From contig JADFYI010000001.1 in NCBI GenBank assembly GCA_015233145.1, positions 143,345-207,344 on the forward strand: a stretch of DNA of 64,000 nt, read 5' to 3'. This stretch comes from Candidatus Omnitrophota bacterium. Lineage in GTDB: Bacteria; Omnitrophota; Gorgyraeia; Zapsychrales; Fredricksoniimonadaceae. Below, in pieces: positions 17,820 through 27,131 of the stretch. Within the stretch, counting starts at the first letter, position 1. Every line of letters begins with the position of its first letter. A program made the position numbers and the translations under genes. Under the pieces are notes generated by a model that was not told the DNA's origin, did not search any database, and saw nothing but the letters and a program-made list of their open reading frames with translations.

Positions 17820-19012
17820 AATACCTTGTTTTAGTCCCTGATGGAGTTGCTGATGAACCTTTAAAAGAATTGGGTGGAAAAACTCCGCTTGAGGCAGCCC
17901 GCACGCCTAACATGGATCAAATGGCAAAAGAGGGCTTGAGCGGTCTTGTCCGCACTATTCCTGAGGGAATGGCGCCGGGTTCTGATGTGGGAAACCTTTC
18001 TGTTTTAGGGTATAACCCCAGGCTTAATTTTTCAGGCCGCGCGCCATTGGAAGCCGCCAATCTCGGGATAATCCTTAAAGGTAATGAAATCGCGTTTCGC
18101 TGTAATCTTGTCACTGTCCGTGATAACACCATGATTGATTACAGTTCCGGGCATATTTCTGTGGATGAAGCAGCCGAAATCATGAAGACCATTGATGAGA
18201 AATTTTCCGATGATGTTGTTAAATTTTATGTGGGAAAAAGTTATCGGCATATCGCGGTTGTGAAGGCTGAAAAAGTTGCTGATTTCCAGAAAATAAAATG
18301 CACGCCCCCTCATGATATTATGGGGCAAAAAATTGACAGTTATTTGCCGTCAGGCGCCAGGGCATCGGTTTTGATTGATTATATGGAACGGGCCAAGCCT
18401 GTTCTTCAAAATCACCCGGTGAATCAACTTCGCCTGGGGCTTAAAAAAGAGCCTGCCACCATGCTCTGGTTCTGGGGGCAGGGAACAAAGCCTGATCTTC
18501 AAACTTTTAAAGAACGTTTCGGGCTTGAGGGCTCTGTTATTTCTGCGGTTGATCTGGTTAACGGCATTGCCCGCCTTACGGGGTTGACTATTATCAATGT
18601 TCCCGGCGCTACCGGATATTATGATACAAACTATGCCGGCAAGGCCGAGTATGCGCTTGATTCGTTAAAGACCAGGGATTTTATTTTTGTTCACGTTGAG
18701 GCCACGGATGAAGCCGGGCATAACGGGGATGCCAGGGCCAAAATTGAGGCAATTGAAAACTTTGACAGGGAGATTGTGGGAAGGGCTCTCGATTATGGCC
18801 GTAAACATAAAGATGTGCGTATTTTAGTGACGCCCGATCATCCTACTCCTGTGGCTAAACGCACGCATACAAGCGCGCCGGTTCCGTTTGTCATGTGCGG
18901 AAAAAATATTGAATCAAACGGCCTTGGTAGCTACAATGAACTTTCTGCCCAGGCTGTTGGAATACGGTTTGCGAGCGGCGAGGATATGATTAAGTATTTT
19001 CTTAAGGGTTGA
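17816..19012 (+). CDS. ApgM-type cofactor-independent phosphoglycerate mutase homologue; likely the non-orthologous homoserine kinase
   Basis: MKYLVLVPDGVADEP...TPLEAARTPNMD...GSDVGNLSVLGY and a C-terminal TPDHPTP: archaeal-type iPGM/metalloenzyme superfamily. It sits between thrC and lysC, and no thrB is present in the block. Confidence 0.7.
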   Translation: MKYLVLVPDGVADEPLKELGGKTPLEAARTPNMDQMAKEGLSGLVRTIPEGMAPGSDVGNLSVLGYNPRLNFSGRAPLEAANLGIILKGNEIAFRCNLVTVRDNTMIDYSSGHISVDEAAEIMKTIDEKFSDDVVKFYVGKSYRHIAVVKAEKVADFQKIKCTPPHDIMGQKIDSYLPSGARASVLIDYMERAKPVLQNHPVNQLRLGLKKEPATMLWFWGQGTKPDLQTFKERFGLEGSVISAVDLVNGIARLTGLTIINVPGATGYYDTNYAGKAEYALDSLKTRDFIFVHVEATDEAGHNGDARAKIEAIENFDREIVGRALDYGRKHKDVRILVTPDHPTPVAKRTHTSAPVPFVMCGKNIESNGLGSYNELSAQAVGIRFASGEDMIKYFLKG

Positions 19013-19024
19013 AGGAAAGAGGTT

Positions 19025-20251
19025 ATGAGAAAAAAGATTATTGTTCAAAAGTATGGCGGATCATCTGTGGCCAATGTCATTCGCATCAAGGCGGTGGCCG
19101 AACGCATTGTGTCTTATAAAAACAAGAATACCAATGTGGCGGTTGTTGTTTCTGCCATGGCTGATACTACGGATGATTTGGAAACCCTGGCGTTTCAGAT
19201 CGCCAAAAACCCGCCGGACCGCGAAATGGATTTGTTATTGTCAACAGGCGAACAGATCAGCTGTGCTCTTTTGGCCATGGCGGTGCGGGAACGCGGCGCA
19301 GAAGTTATTGCATTAACCGGGTTTCAGGCTGGCGTGAAGACGGATAACACCTATACCAAGGCGCGTGTCCAATCTATTAGCGGCGAGCGTATCAAAAAAG
19401 CGTTCAAGGAAAATAAAATTGTGATCATGGCCGGGTATCAGGGCATTACGGAAAATAACGATATCACAACGTTAGGACGCGGCGGCTCTGACCTTTCTGC
19501 CGTGGCCCTGGCCAAGGCGATTGATGCCGACGTTTGTGAAATATACACTGACGTCAAAGGGATTTATACCACAGACCCGCGCCTGGTGCCGGAAGCTCAA
19601 AAACTGACCCAGATTACTTTTGATGAAATGCTCGAGATGGCCTCTCTGGGCGCCCAGGTGATGCAGGCGCGTTCCATTGAAGTGGCCAAGAGATTTAATA
19701 TTCCATTACATGTCCGTTCAAGCTATTCCAAGGAGGAAGGAACCATGATCGTCAAGAATATGGATAAAATTGAAGATATTGCTGTCAGGGGTGTAACAAG
19801 CAATAAAAATGAGGCTAAAATTACTATTTGCGCTGTGCCTGACCAGCCCGGGATTTCTGCCATTATTTTTAATGCGATCGCCAAGGCAGGGGTTAATGTC
19901 GACGTTATTGTCCAAAACGTAAGCCATACCAAAAAGACAGACATTTCTTTTACAGTGCCCAAGCCTGATTTGGCCAAAGCCCTGAAAGCGGCTGAAGACG
20001 TAGCCAAAAAAATTCATGCCGGCGATGTATTGCATGACAAAAATATTGCCCGTGTTTCGATTGTGGGATCCGGCATGCGTTCCCATCAGGGGATTGCGGC
20101 CAGGATGTTTGATGCCCTGGCCAAGGCCAAGGTGAATATTGAAATGATTGCAACGTCGGAAATCAGCATTTCGTGTATCATTGCCCTGGAAAAGGCTGAC
20201 CTTGCGGTTAAAACAGTGCATAAGGCTTTTGATCTTCAAAAAGCGAAATGA
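19025..20251 (+). CDS. lysC: Aspartate kinase
   Basis: VQKYGGSSVA amino-acid-kinase N-terminus, TLGRGGSD, and two C-terminal ACT repeats. Confidence 0.92.
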   Translation: MRKKIIVQKYGGSSVANVIRIKAVAERIVSYKNKNTNVAVVVSAMADTTDDLETLAFQIAKNPPDREMDLLLSTGEQISCALLAMAVRERGAEVIALTGFQAGVKTDNTYTKARVQSISGERIKKAFKENKIVIMAGYQGITENNDITTLGRGGSDLSAVALAKAIDADVCEIYTDVKGIYTTDPRLVPEAQKLTQITFDEMLEMASLGAQVMQARSIEVAKRFNIPLHVRSSYSKEEGTMIVKNMDKIEDIAVRGVTSNKNEAKITICAVPDQPGISAIIFNAIAKAGVNVDVIVQNVSHTKKTDISFTVPKPDLAKALKAAEDVAKKIHAGDVLHDKNIARVSIVGSGMRSHQGIAARMFDALAKAKVNIEMIATSEISISCIIALEKADLAVKTVHKAFDLQKAK

Positions 20252-20254
20252 TTT

Positions 20255-21823
20255 ATGAATAAGATTTTTATTTACGACACCACGTTACGTGACGGCACTC
20301 AGGCTGAGGGGATTTCCCTGACCGTGAATGACAAAAGGAAAATCGCGCTCAAGCTCGATGAAATCGGAGTGCATTATATCGAGGGCGGCTGGCCGGGCTC
20401 CAACCCCAAGGATAAGGAGTTTTTTAAGCTCATGCAGGGGGTCAAGCTTAAAAATGCCAGGTTGGCCGCGTTCAGTTCAACGCGCCGGGCAGGAATGAAG
20501 GCCAAGGATGACCCTAATTTCAAGGAGCTTGTTGACGCGAAGACTCCGGTCATTTGCCTTTTCGGAAAGACGTGGGACCTGCATGTGCGGGATGTCTTAA
20601 GAGTTTCACCCGAGGAAAACCTGGAAATCATCAAGGATTCTGTGTCTTTCTTAAAGACCAAAAAACGTGAAGTTGTTTTTGACGCCGAACATTTTTTTGA
20701 CGGGTATAAGAATAATTCCGACTACGCGCTCGCGGCCATTAAGGCCGCAGATAACGCCGGGGCTGATGTTATTGTGCTGTGCGACACCAACGGCGGCTCT
20801 TTGCCTGAAGAAATTTCCGGGATTATTGCTGAAATCAAGGACCGTATCAAGGCGCCCTTAGGGATCCATAGCCATAATGATATGGATTTGGCTGTGGCTA
20901 ATTCGCTTGCTGCTGTTGACGCCGGATGTGTGCAGGTTCAGGGCACTTTTAACGGTTTTGGGGAACGCTGCGGGAATGCGGATTTGTCTACGATTATCGG
21001 GATTTTGTCTTCCAAGCTGGGGTATAAAACAATCCCTGATGCCAAATTAAAAGATATGAAAGAGGCGGCATTTTTTATTAGTGAAGTGGCTAATCTGCCG
21101 ATCCAGGATTTTCATCCCTTTATCGGGCATTCAGCGTTTGCGCATAAGGCCGGCGTGCATATTGATGCTATTTTAAAGAACCCCCTGGCGTATGAACATC
21201 TGAAGCCTGAAACTTTTGGCAACCATCGCCGGTTTATCACTTCCGAGCTGGCAGGGAAGATGCCGATCGTCCAAAAGGCTGAACAGTTGGCCGTCAAGAT
21301 TGATAAAAAGTCTCCTCAGGCCAAAGAGCTTTTAAAAGCGCTTCAACAGAAAGAACTAGAAGGTTATCAGTTTGAAGGCGCGGATGCGTCTTTTGAACTT
21401 TTCATGAAGAAACATTTAAAGAAATATGTTCCTTTCTTCAAGCTCGAGGGATTTCGTGTTCATACGGAACGGGCGGCCAATGAAAGCGCCTGGGCTGAGG
21501 CCACAATCCACATTGAAGTCAAGGGCAAGAAACGTTTTAGCGCGGCAGACAGCGTCGGCCCGGTGGAGGCTTTGGATAAAGCGCTCCGAAAGGCCCTTGT
21601 GCAATCTTACCCGGCGCTTGAGCATATGCATTTGACAGATTACAAGGTGCGTGTTCTGGACACCAAAGACGGCACAGCGGCCAAGGTGCGTGTTTTGATT
21701 GAGTCGCAAGACGAGCACGATACCTGGACCACTGTTGGCGTTCATGAAAATATCATTGAAGCCAGCTGGGAAGCCCTGGTGGACAGCGTTGAGTATAAAC
21801 TCCTCAAAGATTCCAAGAAATAA
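20255..21823 (+). CDS. cimA: Citramalate synthase (LeuA/CimA family)
   Basis: YDTTLRDGTQAEG, IEGGWPGSNPKD and HSHNDMDLAVAN motifs. The length (522 aa) and the C-terminal regulatory domain match the CimA-type branch rather than classical LeuA. Confidence 0.72.
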   Translation: MNKIFIYDTTLRDGTQAEGISLTVNDKRKIALKLDEIGVHYIEGGWPGSNPKDKEFFKLMQGVKLKNARLAAFSSTRRAGMKAKDDPNFKELVDAKTPVICLFGKTWDLHVRDVLRVSPEENLEIIKDSVSFLKTKKREVVFDAEHFFDGYKNNSDYALAAIKAADNAGADVIVLCDTNGGSLPEEISGIIAEIKDRIKAPLGIHSHNDMDLAVANSLAAVDAGCVQVQGTFNGFGERCGNADLSTIIGILSSKLGYKTIPDAKLKDMKEAAFFISEVANLPIQDFHPFIGHSAFAHKAGVHIDAILKNPLAYEHLKPETFGNHRRFITSELAGKMPIVQKAEQLAVKIDKKSPQAKELLKALQQKELEGYQFEGADASFELFMKKHLKKYVPFFKLEGFRVHTERAANESAWAEATIHIEVKGKKRFSAADSVGPVEALDKALRKALVQSYPALEHMHLTDYKVRVLDTKDGTAAKVRVLIESQDEHDTWTTVGVHENIIEASWEALVDSVEYKLLKDSKK

Positions 21824-21833
21824 CATTCCCTTT

Positions 21834-24470
21834 ATGTCAGAAATAGCCTCCCGCTATAATCCCAAAGAAGTTGAAGAAAAACGCCTGAAGTTGTGGGACA
21901 AGAAAAAGCCTTTTCATGCGACGGCCAATAAGTCGGATAAAGGGGCTTTTACGATTGTGATTCCGCCGCCGAACGTGACGGGCGTCCTTCACATGGGGCA
22001 TGCCCTCAATAACACGCTTCAGGATATTTTGACCCGTTACAAGCGCATGCAGGGGTTTGATGCGCTGTGGATGCCTGGCACAGACCATGCCGGTATTGCT
22101 ACTCAAAATGTGGTTGAAAAACAGCTGGTGAAAGAAGGAACAACGCGCGAAGCGCTTGGCCGTGAAAAATTTATGGAGCGCCTCTGGGACTGGAAACAGC
22201 ACCATGGCGATACCATTATCAATCAGCTCCACAAGCTTGGTAGTTCATGCGATTGGGACCGCACACGCTTTACCATGGACCATGATTATTCCGAAGCGGT
22301 TAATGAGGTTTTTATCCGTCTTCATGAACGAGGCCTGATTTATCAGGGGCAGTATATTATCAACTGGTGCCCGCGCTGCCAGACCGCACTTTCCGATGAA
22401 GAAGCAGAGCATAAGGACACCAACGGTAACCTATGGCACATCAAATACCCTTTTAAAGATAATCCCGAACAGTTTGTGACTGTGGCCACAACCCGTCCGG
22501 AAACCATGCTGGGGGACACGGCTGTTGCGGTTAATCCTAAAGATGAACGCTATAAAAATTTAATTGGAACAGTTCTCGTTCTTCCATTGATCAACCGTGA
22601 AATCCGCATTATTGCCGATGATTTTGTTGACCGCGAGTTTGGATCTGGCGCGGTGAAGGTCACCCCGGCGCATGACCCTAACGACTTTGCCATGGGCCGC
22701 AGGCATAATCTGGAATTTATCAATATTATGCACCCTAACGGTGTTTTAAATGATAACGCCGGGCAGTATAAGGGAATGGATAGATTTGCTGGACGTAAGG
22801 CTGTTGTGAAGGCTTTGGAAGAGCTTGGACTTTTGGCAAAAATTGACTCTCACGCCCATTCCGTGCGTTACTGTTACCGCTGCGATACGATTGTTGAGCC
22901 GTACTTATCCAAGCAGTGGTTTGTAAAAATGAAGCCGCTGGCTGACAAGGCACTGTTGGCTTTTAAAAACGGCAAGCCTCGCATCCAGCCCAAACGCTGG
23001 GAAAAAGTTTATGAGAACTGGCTTGTGGAGACCCGCGATTGGTGCATTTCCCGCCAGATTTGGTGGGGCCACCGTATTCCTGTCTGGTACGACGAGAAGG
23101 GCAACCAGTTTGTGGCCAGAAATAATAAAGAAGCCCAAAAACTTGCCCTGGCTTACCATGGCAAAGACGTGGAGCTGACTCAAGATTCTGATGTGCTGGA
23201 CACCTGGTTTTCGTCCTGGCTCTGGCCGTTTGCCACCCTGGGCTGGCCAAAAGAGAGCAGGGATTTAAAATATTTTTATCCCACCACAACTCTTTTTACA
23301 GCTCCGGAAATTATATTTTTCTGGGTGGCGCGCATGGTCATGGCCGGAGTTGAGTTTATGGGCGAGGTGCCGTTTTCTGACGTGGTCTTGCATGGCACAG
23401 TGCGCGATGCCAAGGGCCGCAAGATGTCAAAATCTCTCGGGAATGCCATTGATCCTTTGGAAATCATTGAAGAATACGGGGCTGATGCGCTTCGTTTCAG
23501 CATGATCCTTAATTCGGGCCAGGATATTTACATTTCCAAAGACAAGTTTGAACAGGGCCGCAATTTTGCCAATAAGCTTTGGAACGCATCGCGTTTTGTG
23601 ATGATGAACGTTTCCCCTAAAGCGCGTAAGGCGGAATTGAGTGATCTTGACCCTGAAACACTGGACCTTTCATCACGCTGGATCCTTTCGCGTTATATGT
23701 CGGCCCTGGCCCAGGTATCGAAGGCTATTGAAGAGTATCGTTATTCTGAAGCGGAAAATGTACTTTATGAATTTTTCTGGGCAACGTATTGCGACTGGTA
23801 TCTGGAAATGGTCAAGGGCAAGGATGATCTAAACGTCCAGAAAGTCTCGTATCAGGTGCTCTTAAACACCATTAAGATGCTGCATCCCTTTATTCCGTTT
23901 GTGACCGAGGAGCTTTACAGCCAGTTTGTGGGCAAAGAAAAAATCCTGACGCTTGAGCCGTGGCCGTTAGTTGATAACCGTTTTGTGGATGAGGGGGTCG
24001 AAAAAGACATTGGCACGCTCACGGGCCTTGTGGGCGCCATCCGCAATGCCAGGGCCCAGTGGAATGTCAAACCCCAGGACCAGATCAGCTGTATTTTTGT
24101 GGCGTCATCTGAAAAATCTTTGGGGATTCTTAAGGACAATAGCGCCATTATCGGGAAAATCGCCCGTATTTGTGATATCAAATTTTTGTCTCAGCCCGAG
24201 GGTGTTACGAATTGTGCCACAGGGGTGGTGAATGACGTCAAATTTTTTATCCCCTTAGGGAACCTGATTGACCTTGATAAGGAAAAAAAACGTATTACCA
24301 AAGAGGTTGAGGACCAGGACAAGGCTGCAAAAGCCATTGAAGGCCGGCTGGCCAATGAAGGTTTTGTCAGAAAAGCTCCGCCGGAAGTTATTGAAAAAGA
24401 ACGCCAAAGAATGGCAGAACTCAAGGCCAAGAGCATTGAGTTGAAAAAAGCGATTGAATGTTTAGTATAG
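21834..24470 (+). CDS. valS: Valine--tRNA ligase
   Basis: HIGH-type motif (PNVTGVLHMGHALN), KMSKS (GRKMSKSLGN) and a C-terminal coiled coil. The start is set at MSEIASRYNP (ATG 21834). The longer ORF from 21699 would overlap cimA by 125 nt. Confidence 0.95.
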   Translation: MSEIASRYNPKEVEEKRLKLWDKKKPFHATANKSDKGAFTIVIPPPNVTGVLHMGHALNNTLQDILTRYKRMQGFDALWMPGTDHAGIATQNVVEKQLVKEGTTREALGREKFMERLWDWKQHHGDTIINQLHKLGSSCDWDRTRFTMDHDYSEAVNEVFIRLHERGLIYQGQYIINWCPRCQTALSDEEAEHKDTNGNLWHIKYPFKDNPEQFVTVATTRPETMLGDTAVAVNPKDERYKNLIGTVLVLPLINREIRIIADDFVDREFGSGAVKVTPAHDPNDFAMGRRHNLEFINIMHPNGVLNDNAGQYKGMDRFAGRKAVVKALEELGLLAKIDSHAHSVRYCYRCDTIVEPYLSKQWFVKMKPLADKALLAFKNGKPRIQPKRWEKVYENWLVETRDWCISRQIWWGHRIPVWYDEKGNQFVARNNKEAQKLALAYHGKDVELTQDSDVLDTWFSSWLWPFATLGWPKESRDLKYFYPTTTLFTAPEIIFFWVARMVMAGVEFMGEVPFSDVVLHGTVRDAKGRKMSKSLGNAIDPLEIIEEYGADALRFSMILNSGQDIYISKDKFEQGRNFANKLWNASRFVMMNVSPKARKAELSDLDPETLDLSSRWILSRYMSALAQVSKAIEEYRYSEAENVLYEFFWATYCDWYLEMVKGKDDLNVQKVSYQVLLNTIKMLHPFIPFVTEELYSQFVGKEKILTLEPWPLVDNRFVDEGVEKDIGTLTGLVGAIRNARAQWNVKPQDQISCIFVASSEKSLGILKDNSAIIGKIARICDIKFLSQPEGVTNCATGVVNDVKFFIPLGNLIDLDKEKKRITKEVEDQDKAAKAIEGRLANEGFVRKAPPEVIEKERQRMAELKAKSIELKKAIECLV

Positions 24471-24607
24471 TTTTGTTGTAGGCTGCGCTTTTTTGGTTTA
24501 TAGTATTTTAAAAGGATTCTTTTAAAATATACCAAAGGCTACCTGAGAGCCAAGAGTCTCTCGGGGCCGCGGTAATTCCTTCAGGGATTCTTCAAATGGA
24601 GTGTGTT

Positions 24608-24898
24608 ATGAAAAAGATTTTTCTCCTCATGGTTATTTTGGCAACGGTTTTTGTTTTATCAGCCAAAGCCCAGATTGTTCCTGGAAAATATGACGTTATG
24701 ACCGGCGCCATGGACCGCACCGCGGCGTTGCATAATGCCATGTATTCTGATGTCCCCAAGGCCGGCGCCAATGAAGATGCCGTCCCTCAAGCAGAGCGTT
24801 ATGATGATATGGTCAAGGACATGAACCGGGGTGTTGATCACCATTTTGAAGAAGGCAGTAATTATCAATCCATTATTGACACAGAAGCCAAGAAATAA
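24608..24898 (+). CDS. Small secreted protein, unknown function
   Basis: MKKIFLLMVILATVFVLSAKAQ signal peptide with a GGAG 9 nt upstream. I recognise no domain. Confidence 0.5.
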   Translation: MKKIFLLMVILATVFVLSAKAQIVPGKYDVMTGAMDRTAALHNAMYSDVPKAGANEDAVPQAERYDDMVKDMNRGVDHHFEEGSNYQSIIDTEAKK

Positions 24899-24910
24899 TC
24901 CAATCTCCTC

Positions 24911-27046
24911 ATGATTCTTTCCCATGTCAGGAAAGTTGCCCAGGAACTAAATCTCAAAGAGCGTCAAATTGAGGCTGTTGTTACTCTTCTTGAAGGCGGG
25001 GCAACAGTCCCTTTTATTTCCCGTTACCGCAAAGAAGCCACAGAGTCTCTGGATGAAGTCCAAATCACGTCCATCCGCGACCGCGTCAAGCAATTGGATG
25101 AGCTTGATAAGCGCCGTGCCGTAATTCTTGAATCCATCGAAAAGCAGGGCAAGCTCACCCCTGAATTAAAAGCCAAAATCGATGCTGCAGAAACATTGAC
25201 TGAGCTTGAAGATTTGTATTTGCCTTACAAGCCCAAGCGCCGCACCCGCGGCATGATCGCCAAAGAAAAAGGCCTGGAACCTTTGGCGCAGATAATTTTT
25301 AAGCAGGAGCCCGGGCTTGACCCTGAAGCCGAAGCTTTGAAATTTATTGATAAAGAAAAAGAATTGCCTGATGCCGCAAGCGTCCTTTCCGGCGCGCGCG
25401 ATATTATTGCTGAATGGGTTAATGAACACGCGGAAAGCCGCGCTAAAATCCGCGAGCTTTATCTCACCAAGGGAACCTTTCATTCCAAGGTCATTAAGGG
25501 CAAAGATGAAGAAGGCATCAAGTTTAAGGATTATTTTGACTGGAAAGAAAATGTGGCTGTGGCGCCCTCTCACAGGGTCTTGGCAGCGCGCCGGGGCGAA
25601 AAGGAATCTGTTTTAATGTTAAGGGTCCTGGCGCCGGATGAAGAAGCTTTGAGTGTTTTAAATACTGTTTTTGTCAAAGACAATAAAAGCCGTTCCTCCG
25701 TGCATGTGAAATTAGCGGTTGAGGATGGCTATAAGCGGCTCATGTCGCCCTCGATTGAAAATGAAGTGCGGCTTCTCACCAAAGATAAAGCGGATACAGA
25801 GGCCATTAAAACTTTTCAAACCAACCTTCGTCAACTTTTGATGGCTCCACCCTTGGGTCCCAAAATGGTTATGGCCATTGACCCGGGGCTGCGCACAGGC
25901 TGTAAGGTGGCCTGCCTTGACGCGCAGGGTAAATTTCTGGAGTATCAGACAGCCTTTATGCACCAAAGCGAATCCCAGGAAGCCGAGGCCCGGGAAGTGG
26001 TCAAGCGCTTGTGCAAGAAATATTCTGTTGAAGTGATTGCAATTGGTAATGGTACCGCCTCAAGGGAAACCGAGGCTTTTGTCAGAGCGCTTAATCTGGA
26101 TGGCGTAAAAATTGTCATGGTCAGCGAAAGCGGGGCTTCTTATTATTCTGCATCTGAGGAGGCCCGCCGGGAATTCCCAGACCTTGATGTCACAGTGAGA
26201 GGTGCCATTTCCATTGGCCGGCGGCTTCAGGACCCCTTGGCCGAGATGGTGAAGCTTGACCCTAAAAATATCGGCGTGGGCCAGTACCAGCATGATGTGG
26301 ATCAGGCCAAGCTTCAGCAGTCGCTTGAAGATGTGGTTGTGAGCACGGTCAACCACGTGGGTGTGGACATGAATACTGCCAGCCGTGAACTTCTCATGTA
26401 TGTTTCAGGGTTAGGCCCGGCATTGGCGCAGGCTGTTGTGGACCACCGCAACAAGAACGGGGCATTTAAAAAGCGTGACGATATCCTTTCTGTGGCGCGT
26501 TTTAGCGTCAAGGCGTATGAACAGGCCGCAGGGTTTTTACGTATCATGAACGGAGAAAATCCTTTGGACGCGAGCGCGGTTCATCCGGAGAGTTATTCTG
26601 TGGTTGAAATGATGTCAGCGGATTTGGGTTGCGATGTGAAGGAACTCATGCGCAGTGACAAGCTTCGCCAGCGTATTGACCTTAAAAAATATGTTAACGA
26701 CCGCGTCGGATTGCCGACGCTCAAAGATATTTTAGCCGAACTCGCCAAGCCCGGCCGCGACCCCAGGGCCCAGTTTGAATTTGTGGCGTTTAAAGACGGG
26801 GTGAATACTCTTGAAGACTTGGCCCCTGAAATGGTTTTAACCGGGGTAGTGACAAATATTACGGATTTTGGCGCGTTTGTGGATATTGGCGTTCACCACG
26901 ATGGCCTTGTGCATATCAGCCAGCTGTCAGAGAAGTTTGTGAAACATCCGTCAGATATTGTCAAACTTCATCAAAAAGTGACAGTCGCAGTCAAGGAAGT
27001 TGATTTGAAACGCAAGCGCATCGCCCTGACCATGAAGCTCAAATAA
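24911..27046 (+). CDS. tex: Transcription accessory protein Tex (S1 RNA-binding)
   Basis: Full-length Tex pattern: ATVPFISRYRKE, a YqgF-like core (AIDPGLRTGCKVA), HhH motifs and a C-terminal S1 domain (GVVTNITDFGAFVDIG...DGLVHISQL). Confidence 0.92.
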   Translation: MILSHVRKVAQELNLKERQIEAVVTLLEGGATVPFISRYRKEATESLDEVQITSIRDRVKQLDELDKRRAVILESIEKQGKLTPELKAKIDAAETLTELEDLYLPYKPKRRTRGMIAKEKGLEPLAQIIFKQEPGLDPEAEALKFIDKEKELPDAASVLSGARDIIAEWVNEHAESRAKIRELYLTKGTFHSKVIKGKDEEGIKFKDYFDWKENVAVAPSHRVLAARRGEKESVLMLRVLAPDEEALSVLNTVFVKDNKSRSSVHVKLAVEDGYKRLMSPSIENEVRLLTKDKADTEAIKTFQTNLRQLLMAPPLGPKMVMAIDPGLRTGCKVACLDAQGKFLEYQTAFMHQSESQEAEAREVVKRLCKKYSVEVIAIGNGTASRETEAFVRALNLDGVKIVMVSESGASYYSASEEARREFPDLDVTVRGAISIGRRLQDPLAEMVKLDPKNIGVGQYQHDVDQAKLQQSLEDVVVSTVNHVGVDMNTASRELLMYVSGLGPALAQAVVDHRNKNGAFKKRDDILSVARFSVKAYEQAAGFLRIMNGENPLDASAVHPESYSVVEMMSADLGCDVKELMRSDKLRQRIDLKKYVNDRVGLPTLKDILAELAKPGRDPRAQFEFVAFKDGVNTLEDLAPEMVLTGVVTNITDFGAFVDIGVHHDGLVHISQLSEKFVKHPSDIVKLHQKVTVAVKEVDLKRKRIALTMKLK

Positions 27047-27131
27047 TAAACTGCGAAATACCTTGAAAAATCTTTTGGCGGGGCGAAAATAGAGTTTAAG
27101 AGTTTTTAGAAATATACCAGGCAGTAAAAAT

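Noticed and set aside
19718-20239. 173-aa, 94-aa and 67-aa minus-strand ORFs inside lysC
   Set aside because: They are shadow ORFs antisense to aspartate kinase.
21699-21833. Upstream extension of the valS ORF (start at 21699)
   Set aside because: It would overlap cimA by 125 nt and add a non-conserved 45-aa leader. The conserved ValRS N-terminus begins at ATG 21834, 11 nt after the cimA stop.
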